Positions 61,701 to 62,270 of a stretch of 62,270 nt of DNA are shown here, piece by piece (the stretch's first letter is position 1; each line of letters begins with the position of its first letter). Position numbers and translations under genes: made by a program. The stretch is taken from contig JBDKTL010000031.1 of NCBI GenBank assembly GCA_039698055.1, positions 1 through 62,270 of the forward strand, given 5' to 3'. Below the pieces are notes generated by a model, which ran no database searches, was not told where the DNA came from, and saw only the letters and a list, made by a program, of their open reading frames with translations. The DNA is from Methanoregula sp. (GTDB lineage Archaea; Halobacteriota; Methanomicrobia; Methanomicrobiales; Methanospirillaceae).

Positions 61701-62270
61701 TCTGATGATACAATCCCGATAACCGCAATCGATTCATCCGGATTTACCAGTGGGTACTGCAGCCATTATTTTTCAGAACGAACAGGCAAGATCCGAAAAC
61801 ATTTCCTGAAAATCTCGATCTCAGTTGATACCGGTCAACAGGTGATTACCGGATTTGTTGCCTCGAACAGCAGAGTCCACGATACCCGACATGCCGTGAA
61901 ATTACTCCGACAATGTCATAAAATCCGAAAGTCTGATTGTTACGTCATGGACAAGGGATATGACTCTGAAGCGATTCATCGGCTGATCCGGGAAGACCTT
62001 CATGCCAATTCTGTTATCCCTATCCGATCCTGGAATAACGAAATTATAGGGGGTACTTATCGTCAAGAAATGGCTCAACAGTTTAATAACACCATTTATC
62101 CAAGACGACAACTTGTGGAAAATAAATTCTCTGTCCTGAAAAGAAAGTTCAGTGGCGATCTCAAAGCTCGAAGATTCCTGATGCAGATGAAAGAAATCGC
62201 TAACAAAATGATTGTCTGTAACATTCACAGGTTCTTACTATTTCTCGCCATTGAGGTTTTCTACAGAGCA
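61701..62270 (+). mobile_element. IS5-family insertion sequence remnant: 5'-truncated DDE transposase plus probable right end
   Basis: Frame from 61701 (absent from the track, no stop in window): ...TAIDSSGFT...FLKISISVD...HDT...MDKGYDSE...[17 protein letters not shown]...EVFYRA. GAGGTTTTCTACAGAGC at 62253-62269 is the likely terminal IR. Confidence 0.85.

Noticed and set aside
61902-62228. 108-aa minus-strand ORF
   Set aside because: Antisense to the transposase frame, which carries the DDE motifs.
1-62270. tRNA/rRNA genes and Sec/Pyl read-through
   Set aside because: No T-loop/cloverleaf or rRNA-like stretch was recognised by eye, and genes ending in TAG or TGA appear full-length for their families. 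tRNAscan-SE or Infernal would be decisive.

Overview
Archaeal chromosomal segment, most consistent with a Methanomicrobiales methanogen (Methanoregula-like). This is inferred from archaeal ribosomal, SRP and RNAP genes, a DUF3821-type surface domain, fused PstC-PstA and XseAB. Content from left to right: two membrane-anchored HEAT-repeat paralogues behind a large beta-helix surface protein; a wHTH-PAS regulator; leuS and the PIN-ATPase-KH protein; an accessory-looking block (MATE pump, a 240-bp MITE-like element with perfect 25-bp inverted ends, a cupredoxin lacking its copper ligands, a complete pst/phoU/sixA phosphate cluster); CDF and hisI; a ~12-kb type IV pilus-like locus; aIF1, cbiP, stress/chaperone genes, xseAB and purN; the conserved rnp4-rps19e...rpl21e-rpo4-rsmA translation superoperon; an ABC-2 exporter; and a 5'-truncated IS5-family transposase at the right edge. 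The best candidate for an undescribed system is the pilus-like locus at 23465-35729. There a prepilin peptidase, secretion ATPase and two platform proteins flank MinD, three Roadblock-like domains, three DUF2226/PATAN-like domains, a double-V4R sensor and a REC-PAS regulator, with no MglA-type GTPase, kinase or pilin in view. No tRNA, rRNA or CRISPR array was recognised. All family calls come from motif recognition by eye, not from database searches.
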